Assembly (NCBI GenBank): GCA_030264375.1
Contig: JASCQW010000162.1
Span: 53,438,982 to 53,502,981 of the forward strand
Reading direction: 5' to 3'
Source: Carcharhinus longimanus
Lineage: Eukaryota
DNA: 64,000 nucleotides
Position 1 is the stretch's first letter. The number at the start of each line of letters is the position of its first letter. Shown here one piece after another: positions 50,703-63,068 of this stretch. The position numbers and the translations under genes are program-made. The notes beneath the pieces were generated by a model. The model was given only the letters and a program-made list of their open reading frames with translations, searched no databases and was not told where the DNA came from.

Positions 50703-51047
50703 AATTCATTCATGGGACATGGGCATCGCTGGTTGGCCAGCATTTATTGCCTACCCCTAGCTGCCTGAGGGCAGTTGAGAGTCTGTCGCTCTGGAGTCAC
50801 ATGTAGGCCAGACCAGGTAAGGATGGCAGATTTCCTTCCCTAAAGGACATTAGTGAACCAAATGGATTTTTTCCGACAATCGACAAAGGTTTCATGATCA
50901 TCAGCAGATTCTTAATTCCAGATTTTTTTGTTTTGAATTCAAATTCTACCATCTGCCATGGCAGGATTCGAACCCAGGTTCCCAGAATATTTGCTGAGCT
51001 TCTGGATTAATAGTCTAGCAATAAAACCAGCAGGCCATCACCTCCCC
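50703..51047 (-). mobile_element. Deu-domain SINE (SacSINE1/AmnSINE-like)
   Basis: ggagtcacatgtaggccagaccaggtaaggatggcagatttccttccctaaaggacattagtgaacca; B-box ggattcgaaccc; tail catttattgcc...ttcatgggacat. Confidence 0.85.
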
Positions 51048-51329
51048 TAATAAAAACACAATTTTAATATAAGCTCATCTGCACTTATTGAGTTGTTCTT
51101 ATGAACGAATATTCTTTGTAAGAGGCCATCATGCAGGGTCAGACATGGATCAGGGATAGAGCTGCAATTTTTTTTTTGTTATTCATTCTGATGATGTGGA
51201 GATTGCCCACCCCTATTTCCCTTTAGAAGGTGCTAATGGGATGTCTTCTATTTGATATAGTTGAGTGGTCAACCAAGCCACATCTGCGGGCTAAGCCAAC
51301 CATATTGCTGTGGAAATCCACCAAAAGTG

Positions 51330-51930
51330 AGGACAATAAAAACAATTGTATAAATGTTGCACATTTCACATGGTAAAACACATTTCACAGAAGCACCAAA
51401 TGCTAAATCTGAGTCTGAGCCACATAAGCCACATTATGGCAGATAGCTAAAAGCTTGGTTAAGGAGGTTGGTTTCAGGAAGTGTCTTAAAGAAAGAAATG
51501 GAAGGTAAGAGGTTTAGAAAGACGGTTTCAGAACTTAGGACTGAGGCAGCCAAAGATGCAGCCACCAATGGTAGAGCGGTTCAAATCGGGGGTGCTCAAG
51601 AGACTAGAATTAATGGGGAACAGATCATCTCGGAGGGTTAAGGGACTGGACGAGGTTACAGTGATTGGAAAAGTGAGGCAAGGAGGAATTTGAAAACAAG
51701 GACAAGAATTTTAAATTCGAGGCAATGCTCAGCTGGGATCCAGCGCAGTTCAGTGAGCACAGAGTGATGGGTAAATGAGATTCTTTGTGAGGCATGGGCA
51801 GCAGAATTTCAGATGAGCTCAGGTTAACAGTGTGAAATGGGTGAGACTGTCAAGGAGTGCACTGGAAAAGGCAGGGCTGCAGGTAACAAAGGTATTAAAT
51901 GAGGGTTTCAGCAGCAGATATGATGAGGTG
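51330..51930 (-). mobile_element. L2 LINE 3' fragment
   Basis: ggcagatagctaaaagcttggttaaggaggttgg, and gagtgcactggaaaaggcagggctgcaggtaacaaagg (reverse reads approximately FVTxxLxFSSAL). Confidence 0.7.
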
Positions 51931-52784
51931 AGGTGGGAGGAAGGGAAGCAAAGGTTTCCTTATCTAAGGATATTAGTGAACTAATTATGTTTTTATGACA
52001 ACGTGACAAATTAATGGTCACTTTTATGAATAGCAATTTACAATTTAACTTTACTGATAACACTAGTGCCCTGAATCTCAGGACAGTGTCCAATGCTTAG
52101 GGAGGTATGCTGGCAGCAAAGCTTTGTAAATTTGGCTGTTTACTTTTGGCAACATTTTGCATTGTGTCTACTGTAAGGTCAAAGAGTGATGTCCCCTTGG
52201 ACATCCCCCAAGAGGCTGCAAAAGCACAATCACAGATTTTCTCTTTTTTTAAATATGAGAATTGTTTGATGATATTCCATTTCAAAGATAAAGGTGGCAT
52301 TCTGATATTTTTAAAAATGCTCATATTTGTGATTTTTCCTGGCAGTTCTTGGCATTGAGTTGCACCAAAATGTTTCAAGTTAATTAGGTTGAAAATGCCT
52401 TTCACATGCTGTGTGAAACATTTGCAAGCAACATTTGGTTGTCTGGAGCTGCTCGGTCCTTGCATTTCAAATTCAATTGCAATTTTTCTTCTTTAGTTTG
52501 TCCCTTTCACTGGCAGAGTTCAACCTTTTCTCCTCGTCTCCAATTACAACTCGAGGATTATCTTATAGATATCTATTCTATTTCTCTGTTGCTGCATTAT
52601 TTTGATTTTTCCAATTCCAATTTATCAGGTCATTAACTTGTTCTTTCTCATATTATTTGCTGGCCATGTTTCGCTCATCCATCAATGTGCCTGTAAAGAA
52701 TTTCAGTTGAATGGTCTTTTTTTAAATACACTCAATTTAAAAAGTTTGTGTCTTTATCGTGTTTGTGAACTGAAATCCCACTCA

Positions 52785-52915
52785 TCTTTTGAAGGAGCAG
52801 CGCTCTGAAAGTTAGTGTCTTGTGCTACCAAATAAACCTGTTGGTCTTTAACCTGGTGCTGTGAGACTTCTTACTGTGTTTACCCCAGTCTGACGCCGGC
52901 ATCTCCACATCATGG
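52785..52915 (-). mobile_element. Penelope-type terminus with decayed hammerhead motif
   Basis: tgaaggagcagcgctctgaaag...cttactgtgtttaccccagtctgacgccggcatctccacatca. Confidence 0.6.
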
Positions 52916-53172
52916 CTATATATGACACCAGAGCCACAGAAATGTGGTTAGCTCAACTGCCCTCGGACAACTAGGAATGGGTAATAAATACTGGTCAGCC
53001 AATGATGCCAGCATTTATTGCTGTCCCATGAACGAATAAAGAAAACGTGGAAAGCAACAAGTGACTTAACAAATGAGGAGGCAAAAGGCAAAATAGTGCG
53101 GATGCTGGAATCTGAAACCAAAACATGCTGGAAAATCTCAGCAGGTCTGACAGTGTCTGCGGGGAGAGAATA

Positions 53173-53211
53173 GAGCTAACATTTTGAGTCTAGATGACCC
53201 TTCATCAGAGC
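53173..53211 (-). ncRNA. Minimal type-I hammerhead ribozyme motif, decayed (GAAA to AAAA)
   Basis: Minus strand: gctCTGATGA-AGGGTC-atcta-GACTC-AAAA-tgtt-agctc. CUGAUGA box and helix II are intact. Confidence 0.55.
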
Positions 53212-53639
53212 AGAGGAGATGAGGAGGCAACTTGTGGTCTTAAACCCTTCCTGAAGCCAAAAATAAAGTGAATAATGTTTGGGCCTGACTTAGTTTGTCA
53301 CAATGGAAGCAAGGTCTGAGCAAGAAATTCAAACTGTAAATGATAACAAATCTGGCAATGGGATGAGTTGTCCCTGATGTGCCTGGGCCTCTGTTAAATT
53401 TAGCCAGGCCCTTTGTTATAGGGTGGCAATGATGGCCGCCTGAAATGAGTTCTGGCTTAATTTCTGCATTGAAATGAGGTTCCTGTGCCTATTTCTAAAC
53501 TTGATTGTGAAAAGAGTAATCAGATTCTTCAGCTGTCTTAATGTGTTGCTTAAAGGGACCAATAGAGATCAAGGGTGGTTTTCTTTTGAACTTATCTTAT
53601 TTCAAAAGGGAGCCAGGAGGAGCTGGAGATTGCAGTTGC

Positions 53640-53782
53640 TCATGATGTGGAGATGCCAGCGTTGGACTGGGGTAAACACAGTAAGAAGTCTGACAACACC
53701 AAAAAGTCTGACAACCCAAAAGCTTGCGAGTTTACTATCAAATAAATCGGTTGGACTTAAACCTGGTGTTGTCAGACTTCTT
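53640..53782. repeat. Penelope-type termini in inverted arrangement
   Basis: aagaagtctgacaacacca ... tggtgttgtcagacttctt. Confidence 0.7.
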
Positions 53783-54520
53783 TTTGCAGTTGCTGCCAGC
53801 CCCCACACAAACTCACATGTCTTATCAGGATTACTGTCATGCAAATTTTCCCTGCCACTCACATTTAGGGACAGCTAGACAGATCAGAGCCAACCAGCCT
53901 TTCTTTTAAAAAATGAGAAGCCTAGGTGAAAAGGCAAGGCTCACAGTGCAAACCATCACCAAAGTTGAAAAGAAAAGGACATAAGACAAGGTAACTCATG
54001 GGCTGATCAGGTGAATACAAAACTTTGGTGATGAAGTGAACCATTGATAGAGAAATTGAATCTGTCCTTAAAGCATCACATATGGTTTTGGGCAGAGACT
54101 TCAGCAGCTTTAGCTTATTCTCATCAAGTCTCAGTCTTCCCTTACTATTCATTAATGTGCTTTTAAGGTCATTATAAAACCTATATTTTCAACCAAGCTC
54201 TCAGCCGCCTCTCTAAATTCTTCTATCAGTACATGGTATCCAATCGTTCCCATACAAATCACTTGGAATATTTATTATAGTATTGCTTAGTTATATTGGG
54301 ATGTTTGGGGTAGATAAAAATGAGAGGCCCCTTTACTCTACCCTTACAAACCACCCATTATTTTTCACCATCAGAGAGCTACCAACTAAGCTAAGTATTT
54401 GCATGCGAGTCTGAATCAGTGGGTTATAGATTCAAAATCCAGTCCAGGGTTTAAGGAAATATTCTGGACTGTGCTTTCAGTGCAGTACTGATGGAGTGTT
54501 GCATTTTCAGTGTAATATTT

Positions 54521-55513
54521 AGGGGGACGACTCTCCCAAAAAAAGGTTCTAAGTACCGAATTCGTTTGAAAACTGGAGTAACTCCTGCTGGTTTTTTTAG
54601 TGGGATTTTCAGAATGAATCTCCCACGCTCTGAGCACTGTAGAGTGCCCGAATGGGATTCACTCTGAAAATCAATGGGTGGGGCCTATTCTCGCTGGAGA
54701 GGTCAGCAGCATAGCACTGAGTGGGCCACTGTGCATGTGCCAATCTGTCAGAGTGAAGATCGACACATGCATAGTGGCGCTGCACTGTTGACCTCCAATT
54801 GCTGACCAACTCGATTGCTGGCCAGGCCCGTGATTTTGCATCACTGCTCCTTTGACTCCCTACCCCCGATCGCTGGCCTCCCAGACCTCTCCAGGCCAGT
54901 CCCTATGTCTCCCCATTCCTCTGCCAGGCCTGATCTCCTTGACCCACCCCGGTGGTCCCGGCCCTATCTCCCGGCTGACCCAATCCCCNNNNNNNNNNNN
55001 NNNNNNNNNNNNNNNNNNNNNNNNNNNNNNNNNNNNNNNNNNNNNNNNNNNNNNNNNNNNNNNNNNNNNNNNNNNNNNNNNNNNNNNNNNNNNNNNNNNN
55101 NNNNNNNNNNNNNNNNNNNNNNNNNNNNCCCCTATAGGCTCCATCCCCAAAGGGTCCCACCCTCTGGTTTTGCTGCCTTGACACTGCCGGATGCCTGCCT
55201 TTAATCCCAACTGCCGGGCGGGGACCTCAATGGCCTCTGTTCCCTCTGGTGGGGTCAGGCCGACTGTTCCCCATTACTGGGGATCAGTTGTGAAGGGAGG
55301 GAGAGATGCTAGCAGACCCAGAGACTTCAGTCCCGGACCTTCTAATCACATTCAAATTCAAAATTCAATATTTCTGGTGCAGAGCTGATAACTCCAAAAA
55401 ACTTGAGCTGGAGATGCACTGTTTCGCCCAGTGGGGAGCCTGCTAACAACCTCTGTTGATGTCTCCTGATCCGTTTCGCTGCTCAATCAGCGCAGTGGGC
55501 TAATGGAATCGCC
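54521..55513. mobile_element. ~1-kb GC-rich non-autonomous DNA element
   Basis: gggacgactctccc ... ggaatcgcc TIR-like ends; ttctaagt subterminal motif as in other elements here. Confidence 0.55.
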
Positions 55514-56221
55514 TACTTGCTTTACTGAGAAATTACACTGAGGCCTCACCTGCTAGGTCAGTAGATGAAAAAGATTCAACGATACAGTTCAAAGGTGAAC
55601 AGGGAGTTCTCCCAATGTTCTGAATCACAATGAATCTCTTACAACGCCATGCATAATAGAATGACTGGTCATGTATCTCACTTGCTACTCATATGATTTT
55701 GCTGTCAGATTTGTCCTCACACCCATGACCATGTTTGAAAATGAGCCCACTGGTTGTGAAACATTTTCAGATAGCTAGGGAACAGGATAAGGAGAAGGTT
55801 TACCTTCCTTTCTGTGATTCTGAGACTAATTACTTGGCACTAATTTACCTCTTTGTTCATCTGCTACTGTTTTCAGTTCCACCAACCACATTAGTTATCT
55901 ATTCTAAAATTCTGTTCACAAACCTATTTTTAAAAAACTTGCCCAAATTTCCTATTTTTTCACAATTAAACCCAAGAGAACTTTTCTGATTACTAATTTT
56001 GCACAGCGATGAAAATTCGGAAGTTCTCTATCAAGCTCCCACTCTTCCTTTGCCTGTATAGAGAGTCAAGTGCTGGGTTAGATCACCTTTCCTCATAAAT
56101 TAGGCTTTTAGGATCAGACTTTCTGAGAAATCCTTCCAATAATCCTACACCTTTCCTGTGCGATAAAACTGAAACCTGAAGGTAGCACGCCAAATTACAA
56201 CACTACGTCTTTATCTTTTGT

Positions 56222-56565
56222 TTATTCATTCATGGGACATTGACGTCACTGGCTGGCAGGCATTTATTGCCCATCCCTAATCACTTTCAACTGAATGGCT
56301 TGTTAGGATAGTTAAGAGCCAACCACATGAAGACTATACCAGGTAAGGCAGCAGATTCCCTTCCCTAAAGGATATTAGTGAACCAGATGGTTTTTCCCAT
56401 GATCGACAATGGTTTCACGATCATCAGTGAATTCTGAATTCCAGATATTTTTATCTGAATTCAAATTTCACCATCTGCTGTGGTGGGATTTGAACCCAGA
56501 TCCCCAAAACATTAGCTGAGTTTCTGGGTTAATAGTCTAGCAATGGTACCAGTAGGCCATCACCG
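56222..56565 (-). mobile_element. Deu-domain SINE
   Basis: ccaggtaaggcagcagattcccttccctaaaggatattagtgaaccagatgg; gggatttgaaccc; tail catttattgcccatcccta. Confidence 0.85.
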
Positions 56566-56973
56566 CTTAAACATCCCTATCTGTACATCCCAATATTCCA
56601 GTTGTTTTTCTCACCAAGCATGTTGCTGTTTAATTGGCCATTTTAAAATGTTGAGATTACCATCAGTTTACAACATTCATACTTCCTTCCACAATTTATC
56701 CTGAAAGAAAACTAAACCAGGGTCAATTTATTCCAATGTTCATTGCTCTGAATGCAACAGTGACAAGCACCAAAGTCAATTGGCATCTTATATTGATATA
56801 TGTATGTATATTTTATATCTACATATAATAGATAAATAACAACCTACCGCTCAAAGAAAAGGTTATATTACTTCACAAAGGATAACACAGAACAGAATAG
56901 GAAAACAATCTCCTGTAACCAATAGCAATTACACGACTGAAGAACACAAAGCTGGAAAGCACAAAAAGGTAAT

Positions 56974-57250
56974 GCCTCACAGCTCCAGGGACCTGGATTC
57001 AATTCCAGCCTCGGGGACTAACTGTAAAGTTTGTATGTCCTCCCTGTGGGTTTTTTCTGGGTGCTCCAGTTTCCTCCCACACCCCAATCGTGTGTAGGTT
57101 AGGTTAATTGGCCACTCTAAATTGTCCATTAGTGTCAAGGGGACCAGCAGGGTTAACACATGGGCTTATGGGATAGGGCCTGGGTGGGACTGTGGTTGGT
57201 GCAGACTCGATGGGTCAAAGGGCCTCCTTCTGCACTGGAGGGATTCTATG
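56974..57250 (+). mobile_element. HE1/V-SINE-type SINE
   Basis: gcctcacagctccagggacctggattcaattcc ... tgctccagtttcctcccaca ... gactcgatggg. Confidence 0.85.
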
Positions 57251-57287
57251 AAAGTCAGCCCCAGTTGCTGCAGAACTCTTCACTTAC

Positions 57288-57462
57288 CCAACAAACCGGA
57301 GGAAGGAGGATTGCGCTGGATTTCTTCAGCTGTGTTCTCCTGCAAGATGTCCCAAAGCTGCCATTGCATCTTGGGGTTCATTATGTAGAAGGGCTGGCCT
57401 GGATTACTTTTACGATATTTTTTGTAATTGTTGAAGAAATTGTAATCTGGATGGTTGAACCA
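57288..57462 (-). CDS. ST6GAL1: ST6GAL1 coding exon (start of sialylmotif S)
   Basis: tctcccacag|TGG...G|gtaagt; 175 bp, phase 0 to 1. Encodes [58 protein letters not shown](G). Confidence 0.97.
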
Positions 57463-57659
57463 CTGTGGGAGAAAACAGAAATGTTGAATACCATGATGTA
57501 GGATGACACTTGTTTCCCTCCCGTCGCCCACAAAATTATTGTTGAAATTTTCAAAACATGACTTGTGCTGTTCTGAAGTAGATTCACTGAAATTCTACCA
57601 ACACTGTGTGTTCCATCAAAATATAGCAGGTATAAGTCCATTATATAATCGACAAAACT

Positions 57660-57965
57660 TTCAGTTTATTTATTTGTGTCACAAGTAGGCTTATATTAAC
57701 ACTGCAATAAAATTACTGTGAAAATCCCCTAGTTGACACACCCTGGCACCTCAGTGTTCCGGTACACTGAGGGAGAATTTAGTATGGCCAATGCATCTAC
57801 CAGCATGTCTTTCGGACTGTGGGAGGAAACTGGAGCAGCCAAAGGAAACTCACGCAGACACAGGGAGAATCTGCAGACTCCACACTGATAGTGACCCAAT
57901 CCAGGAGTCAAACCTGGGTCCCTGGTGCTGTGAGGCAGCAATGCTAACCACTGTGCCACTATGTC
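57660..57965 (-). mobile_element. HE1/V-SINE-type SINE
   Basis: tgtgggaggaaactggagca ... gtgaggcagcaatgctaaccactgtgcc. Confidence 0.85.
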
Positions 57966-59024
57966 ACCCTAATATGTGAGGGCTCTGTATGTCACAATCA
58001 TTGCTGACCTGGTCTGTTGCCAGCNNNNNNNNNNNNNGAAAAGGCACAAGTAAGCCACTATTTAACTTTGACCAGTAAACAAATGTGATTGATGCTTTAA
58101 GCAGTTCAATAAGACCACAATTATTGCTGCAATGCACTGTAAGAATAACATGTGAGCATATCATGCTAAGTCATCACTTCTCCGTTCACCGTTGCGCAAT
58201 AAGTGCCCAATGCATAAATACTCACACGTCATAGGTCACAATGCTAACAATAACAATAGGTTTACAAGAATGTTTCCAGGGATGAGAAACTTCAGTTACA
58301 AGGATATATTGGAGATTTTCCTTTGCTTCAACATACATCATCCTTCAACTTGATGAATTGAAGATGAAGTATAAAAATACTTTGGAGCCAATTGTCTTCT
58401 CTTGGTCCTGTTGGATAACCAGCGGGTGTGGGGGATATTGGTGTGTTTCATGCCTATCCCTGGTCCATTGTTCACTTCACTGCTGTATTTGAGGCTTTCT
58501 GGCTACTGTTTGAGAGCAACAGCCAGCAGGCCACAAAACCTGAAGATTAAGCTGGGCAGTGGCAGTAATAGGTTACCAACTCTCTCATCTCAAATGTTGG
58601 GGCTGGTTCCTGGTTCCACAGATCCTCCAGTACATAGAGAATCATGGCATAATCTCTATTACCAAGTTTATTGGAGTATTCCTGCATGTGGGAATGCCAC
58701 CTCCCCACCTCACAAATAACCATTCTAGACATGTACATCCTCCAGTTAACAGAAGCCCTGAAAGTCCTACAGTATTGTTGGGAGGGACAAAGACACGGCC
58801 AAGTCAATTTATTGCACCATTTCTTAACCACTCCCCCAAACATAACAAAGAGGAAAATATGTGAAAAGGACATCACCACTCTTCTCCCCGAGAGACTGGC
58901 TTTAATTAGAGATGCAAGCAAGCTAGCTTCTTTGTTTTGAAATTATTTTCCACTTTTGCATTTCTGAGTCATGCCAGTGTATTTGGCAGTGACAACCCCC
59001 CAACTGCCTTGCTAATATGGCCTG

Positions 59025-59560
59025 TATGAGAGACTCGTTAGGCCCTACCTGGAGTACTGCATCCAGTACTGGGCGCCATACTTGAGAAAGACATTAGAAG
59101 GAGTACAGAGGAGATTCACAAGAGTGATTCCAGGGATAAAGAACTGTAGCTATGGGGATAGATGAGTGAGATTGGGACTGTTTTTCTTGGAGAATCGAAG
59201 TCTGAGAGGTGACTTGATAGAGATATTGAAAATACTGAGGGGCATGGACAGGGTAAATAGTGAGAAACTGTTCCCACTCAAGACAGCATCAAGAACTAGA
59301 AGGCACAGATTCTAGTGATTGACAAAGATGTGAGGAAACATCTTCAACTGGAGGGTAGGTGGAGTCTGGAACAAACTTCCTGAGAGGATGGTGGAGGCAG
59401 GTTCGATCGAGGCATTGGAAAGGGAATTGGATTACCATCTGAAAAGAAAGAATGTGAAAAGTTATGGGGATAAGGCAGGGGAGTTGGACTCGGTAGAATG
59501 CTCTTTCAAAAGCCAGTGCAGACTCGATGGGCTGAATGGCTACTTCTGCACCATAAAGTT
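59025..59560 (+). mobile_element. CR1 3' end
   Basis: LVRPYLEYCIQYWAPYLRK, VQRRFTRVIPG, VWNKLPE; tail gactcgatgggctgaatggc. Confidence 0.9.
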
Positions 59561-59644
59561 TCTGTCTTGATGTGTGAGCCTGGAATATGAGTGCGAACTA
59601 GCCCTCATTGGCAAGCCTACTTAAATGAGCAACTACAGATATAA

Positions 59645-59749
59645 CTGCCAGAATTCTACCATACCACCCACCACGGGTATCAGAGCGAGTGAAGAGCGGA
59701 CAATGGAATTTTCTGGTCTCGGGTCGAGTAAGGCCGTAAATCCCTGTCC
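59645..59749. mobile_element. MITE
   Basis: gccagaattctacc ... gtaaatccctgtcc. Confidence 0.55.
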
Positions 59750-59988
59750 AATGTTACTGGGTAGTGATCAGGAGCTGCAATCTTGATGATTTTATATTTA
59801 ATGTAACTAACACAAAGCTCACAGACTCCTACCATTTGTAGGTAACAATGCTTTCAATGCCTTTTTCCAGGTAAGTAGATGAACATTTCAATCTGTGACC
59901 ACAGCTATGGGCAAGACACAAACGGCACATTTCTTGAAATCCCTCCAGAAGGTAACAGCATACTCTAGCAGGTTAATTAAAATCATAC

Positions 59989-60090
59989 CTCAGTAAGATT
60001 AGATGAATACGGCGCTGGATCCCACACTAATAAGATACCCGTTTTGTATAAATCGTTATCGTGGAACTTGGACTCTTGCCTTAAGATGAG
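59989..60090 (-). CDS. ST6GAL1: ST6GAL1 coding exon (not in the ORF track)
   Basis: ttccccctccag|CTC...GAG|gtatga; 102 bp, phase 0 to 0. Encodes LILRQESKFHDNDLYKTGILLVWDPAPYSSNLTE, matching the LYxxGILxVWDP motif. Confidence 0.95.
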
Positions 60091-62929
60091 CTGGAGGGGG
60101 AAAGTTCTGGTTTAAAATGTGCCAAAGAAGAAAGAGTAAAATAGATTTTTATATACTCGATACACATACTGAGTTCATTAATTCTAATAGAGCAATCAAA
60201 ACCTTCACTGCTCGACGACAAAAGAAATCTTTAATAATATCACCATGTAAGTACTTGTAATTAATCTTTGAGAAGGAGCTGGAGCGATTCCAGTGTCTCT
60301 CACTATAAAACAACACAGAAATACAGATCCATCAGAGTACCCAGTATAACAAAAGATTATCCTGTATCTTTATAAAATGAAATTTAAAGCTGCAGTGTCT
60401 TATAACAATTAAAGGCTGCTTTTCTTTTAATGCCAGTCTGCATCACTCAAACAGTGTCTAATTTTCCCTGTCCTCAAAGCTTCCACATGGGACATAAAGA
60501 TATCCAGACAAGCCCAAAACCATTGCTACTCCTACTTCTATAACCACATCAACCAACAGTCATAACATCTCCATTTATATACTGTTTTCTTCAATTTTTG
60601 AAAGAAATATTGAAACCACAGTGTAAACAAAAATATGGAAGACAGGGAATGCAAAATATCTCTAATGGATGAATTCTAACCCAAAATCCAGTGACGCCAC
60701 AAGGTTCATTAGAAACAAACTACTGGGTGAATGTCAGATCCGCAAATTGTTCACAAACTTCAACAAACATCAATTCCAGTCCCTTCACAATATGGGTCAT
60801 TGCAGCTTTCAAAGCAACTTTTAAATCTGCAACTTTTCACAATAACAATGTCACTATGTAAAAAAAAGTCAAACTCATCAACTTCTTTTGTTGAAGAGTT
60901 AGAGCTGGAAGTGTATATATGTTATGGCTGATTTTTGCCTTCACCAACTGCTGTCTGACATATGTAAGATTAAACAAGTGCTCTGTAGATGTGTCAACTT
61001 CTTAGAAATTCTTGGCCTTTTAACTTTACAGCCTCAATTTTAACCGGGGTAGAAACAGAAGTTGCAGCGGCTGTAGTGATCACCCACCTTTTGCCTAGCT
61101 TTACATTCAGGTAAGGAAAACATTTTGGAATTAAACCATTGGTGGCAGCCCCCATGTTCCTTTAAGGAATGGCTATTCTGGCTGTTTTTTTTGTGACAAA
61201 ATTAATAACACCACCAATGGTGCATGCTGTACTCAGCCATGTCGGCATTGGGTGAGGCCTCTGTTTAAGGCACTGACTAATCAATGAAGCATATCACTTA
61301 AAAATAGATACTTTAAAAAATAATAGCCCTAGAGTTACAGAAAAACCTTATCAAAATAACTCAGTGCACTGACGTCTGGGGTGCTATACCCGGAAAAGAT
61401 GTATATTTTTTAACATTGTTAAAAAACAATGTATACAGTATATAAACAATCAATACGGTATAGCCGAAGATATCTGTAACAAGAGCAAGTGTTGCATTAA
61501 TTAATCAAAAAGGTTGCTCAAGCACAGAAGAACTTGGAGACATTGTGTGGGAAGCTATCCCAGCTAATGATAGTTATGTATCTCTTACTGCTGTACATAA
61601 GCATTTTCTGAATAATTTAAAATGAATCTTTGATACATAAGCTTCCAAAACCCATTTGTCTCCAGCATTTTTCAAATTGCTTTATTGATGGACATCTTGG
61701 GAGTAATTAGCAAATATTTGCTACCCAAAACTCTAATTTGTGTCGAATGCCATCTCCCCATATGTGGTTAGCTGGGTTAGATCATCCTGCACCAAATGGC
61801 TGGTTAATCCCCACATCAAAGGGATGCACCCTAATGTGGCTGGAGGACCTGACCAGCATTCCGGAGGCACGGTACTGTTTGGGATAAGAACATAAGAAAC
61901 AGTCGCAGGTTCACGCCATTCAGTGAACTGAGTCTGCTCTGCCATTCAATAACATCAAGGCTGATCTGACTATGGCTTTAATTCCATTTTCCTACCTTCC
62001 TCCCGTGGCCCATAACTCTCTTGTAGATCATGTGGAATAGGTATTCCAATGACGGGGTAGACAACAGAAAAAAATTATTTTGTTCACCTTTAGGATGCTT
62101 CCAATGTGGCCTCTCCTCTTCCTCATCCACTGTTTCCATAACCACTAATGGACAGATGAGGGAATGAATTGTTCTACTTTGAATATCTTCTGTTGGCCAC
62201 ACGGCAGTGCTTGACTGGTCACTGGTACCTGACCATTCTATGACCTTAATCCCACTCTACCTACTGCCCCACCCCCCCCAACACACTCCCTACAACTAAT
62301 TCTGGTACGACAATTATTATTATTATTAGGAATGCCATCGAATTATGTAAACTAGTTCAGCTTGTCATATGGGATGAGGTTAACTCATTTAGCTGTGATC
62401 ACAGTCAGCACCTCAGGAGTAATTGACCCAGGATTATGCCACCATATTACATTATTAGCATCAAAATGTCCTTTGTAAGCCAATTGTGATCCAGGGATAC
62501 AAGAATATTATTCACTAGATTTTGAAAGACTCATTTTTTAAAGCGGTAATAGAAGAGATTCTAGGTGGCGATCACCTGGAGAAAGTAGATAAGAATGGTG
62601 CAGGCTTGGTTTCATCTGCAGTTATATAGCCAACTTTCTGTTTTCGTGCTCCCTTGTTGCCTTCTTCAATATGACCTTATAGATTCCTTTTTAGTTGTTC
62701 CATAGAAATATATCCCACATATTATTGCCATCAAAACAACCTTTCACTCAGCTTTTGTTTTGTGTTTGCTACATTACTTAGAAGTTGGGTTCCAGGGATA
62801 TAGGAAGACCGTTTGAAAATGCATCATTTCTGCATTTTTACCATTCCAATAATCGGTTCAGTGACATGCACCCTGTAGAGTTAAGATGCATGTCACTGAA
62901 TGTTTGTATTATGGTTTTTCTTGGCTGTT

Positions 62930-63068
62930 CTAGGGATGTGGGTTTTGCTTGCAAGGTCAGCATTTATTGCCCATCCTTTGAGAAGGCGTTGGTGAGTCAC
63001 CTACTGCAACTACTGCAAGTCATGTGGGGAAGGTACACCCACAATGCTCTTAGAGAGGAAATTCCATG
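62930..63068 (-). mobile_element. LINE 3' end sharing its tail with the Deu-SINEs
   Basis: Reverse reads approximately WNFLSKSIVGVPSPHDLQ*LQ, then the gggcaataaatgctg tail found in the SINEs at 50.7 and 56.2 kb. Confidence 0.65.

Noticed and set aside
817-55127. Long ORFs in the track (e.g. 3238-4146, 27400-28143, 39394-40197, 48782-49483)
   Set aside because: They are open only because they run through N tracts, which look like masked repeats or gaps; they contain no coding evidence.
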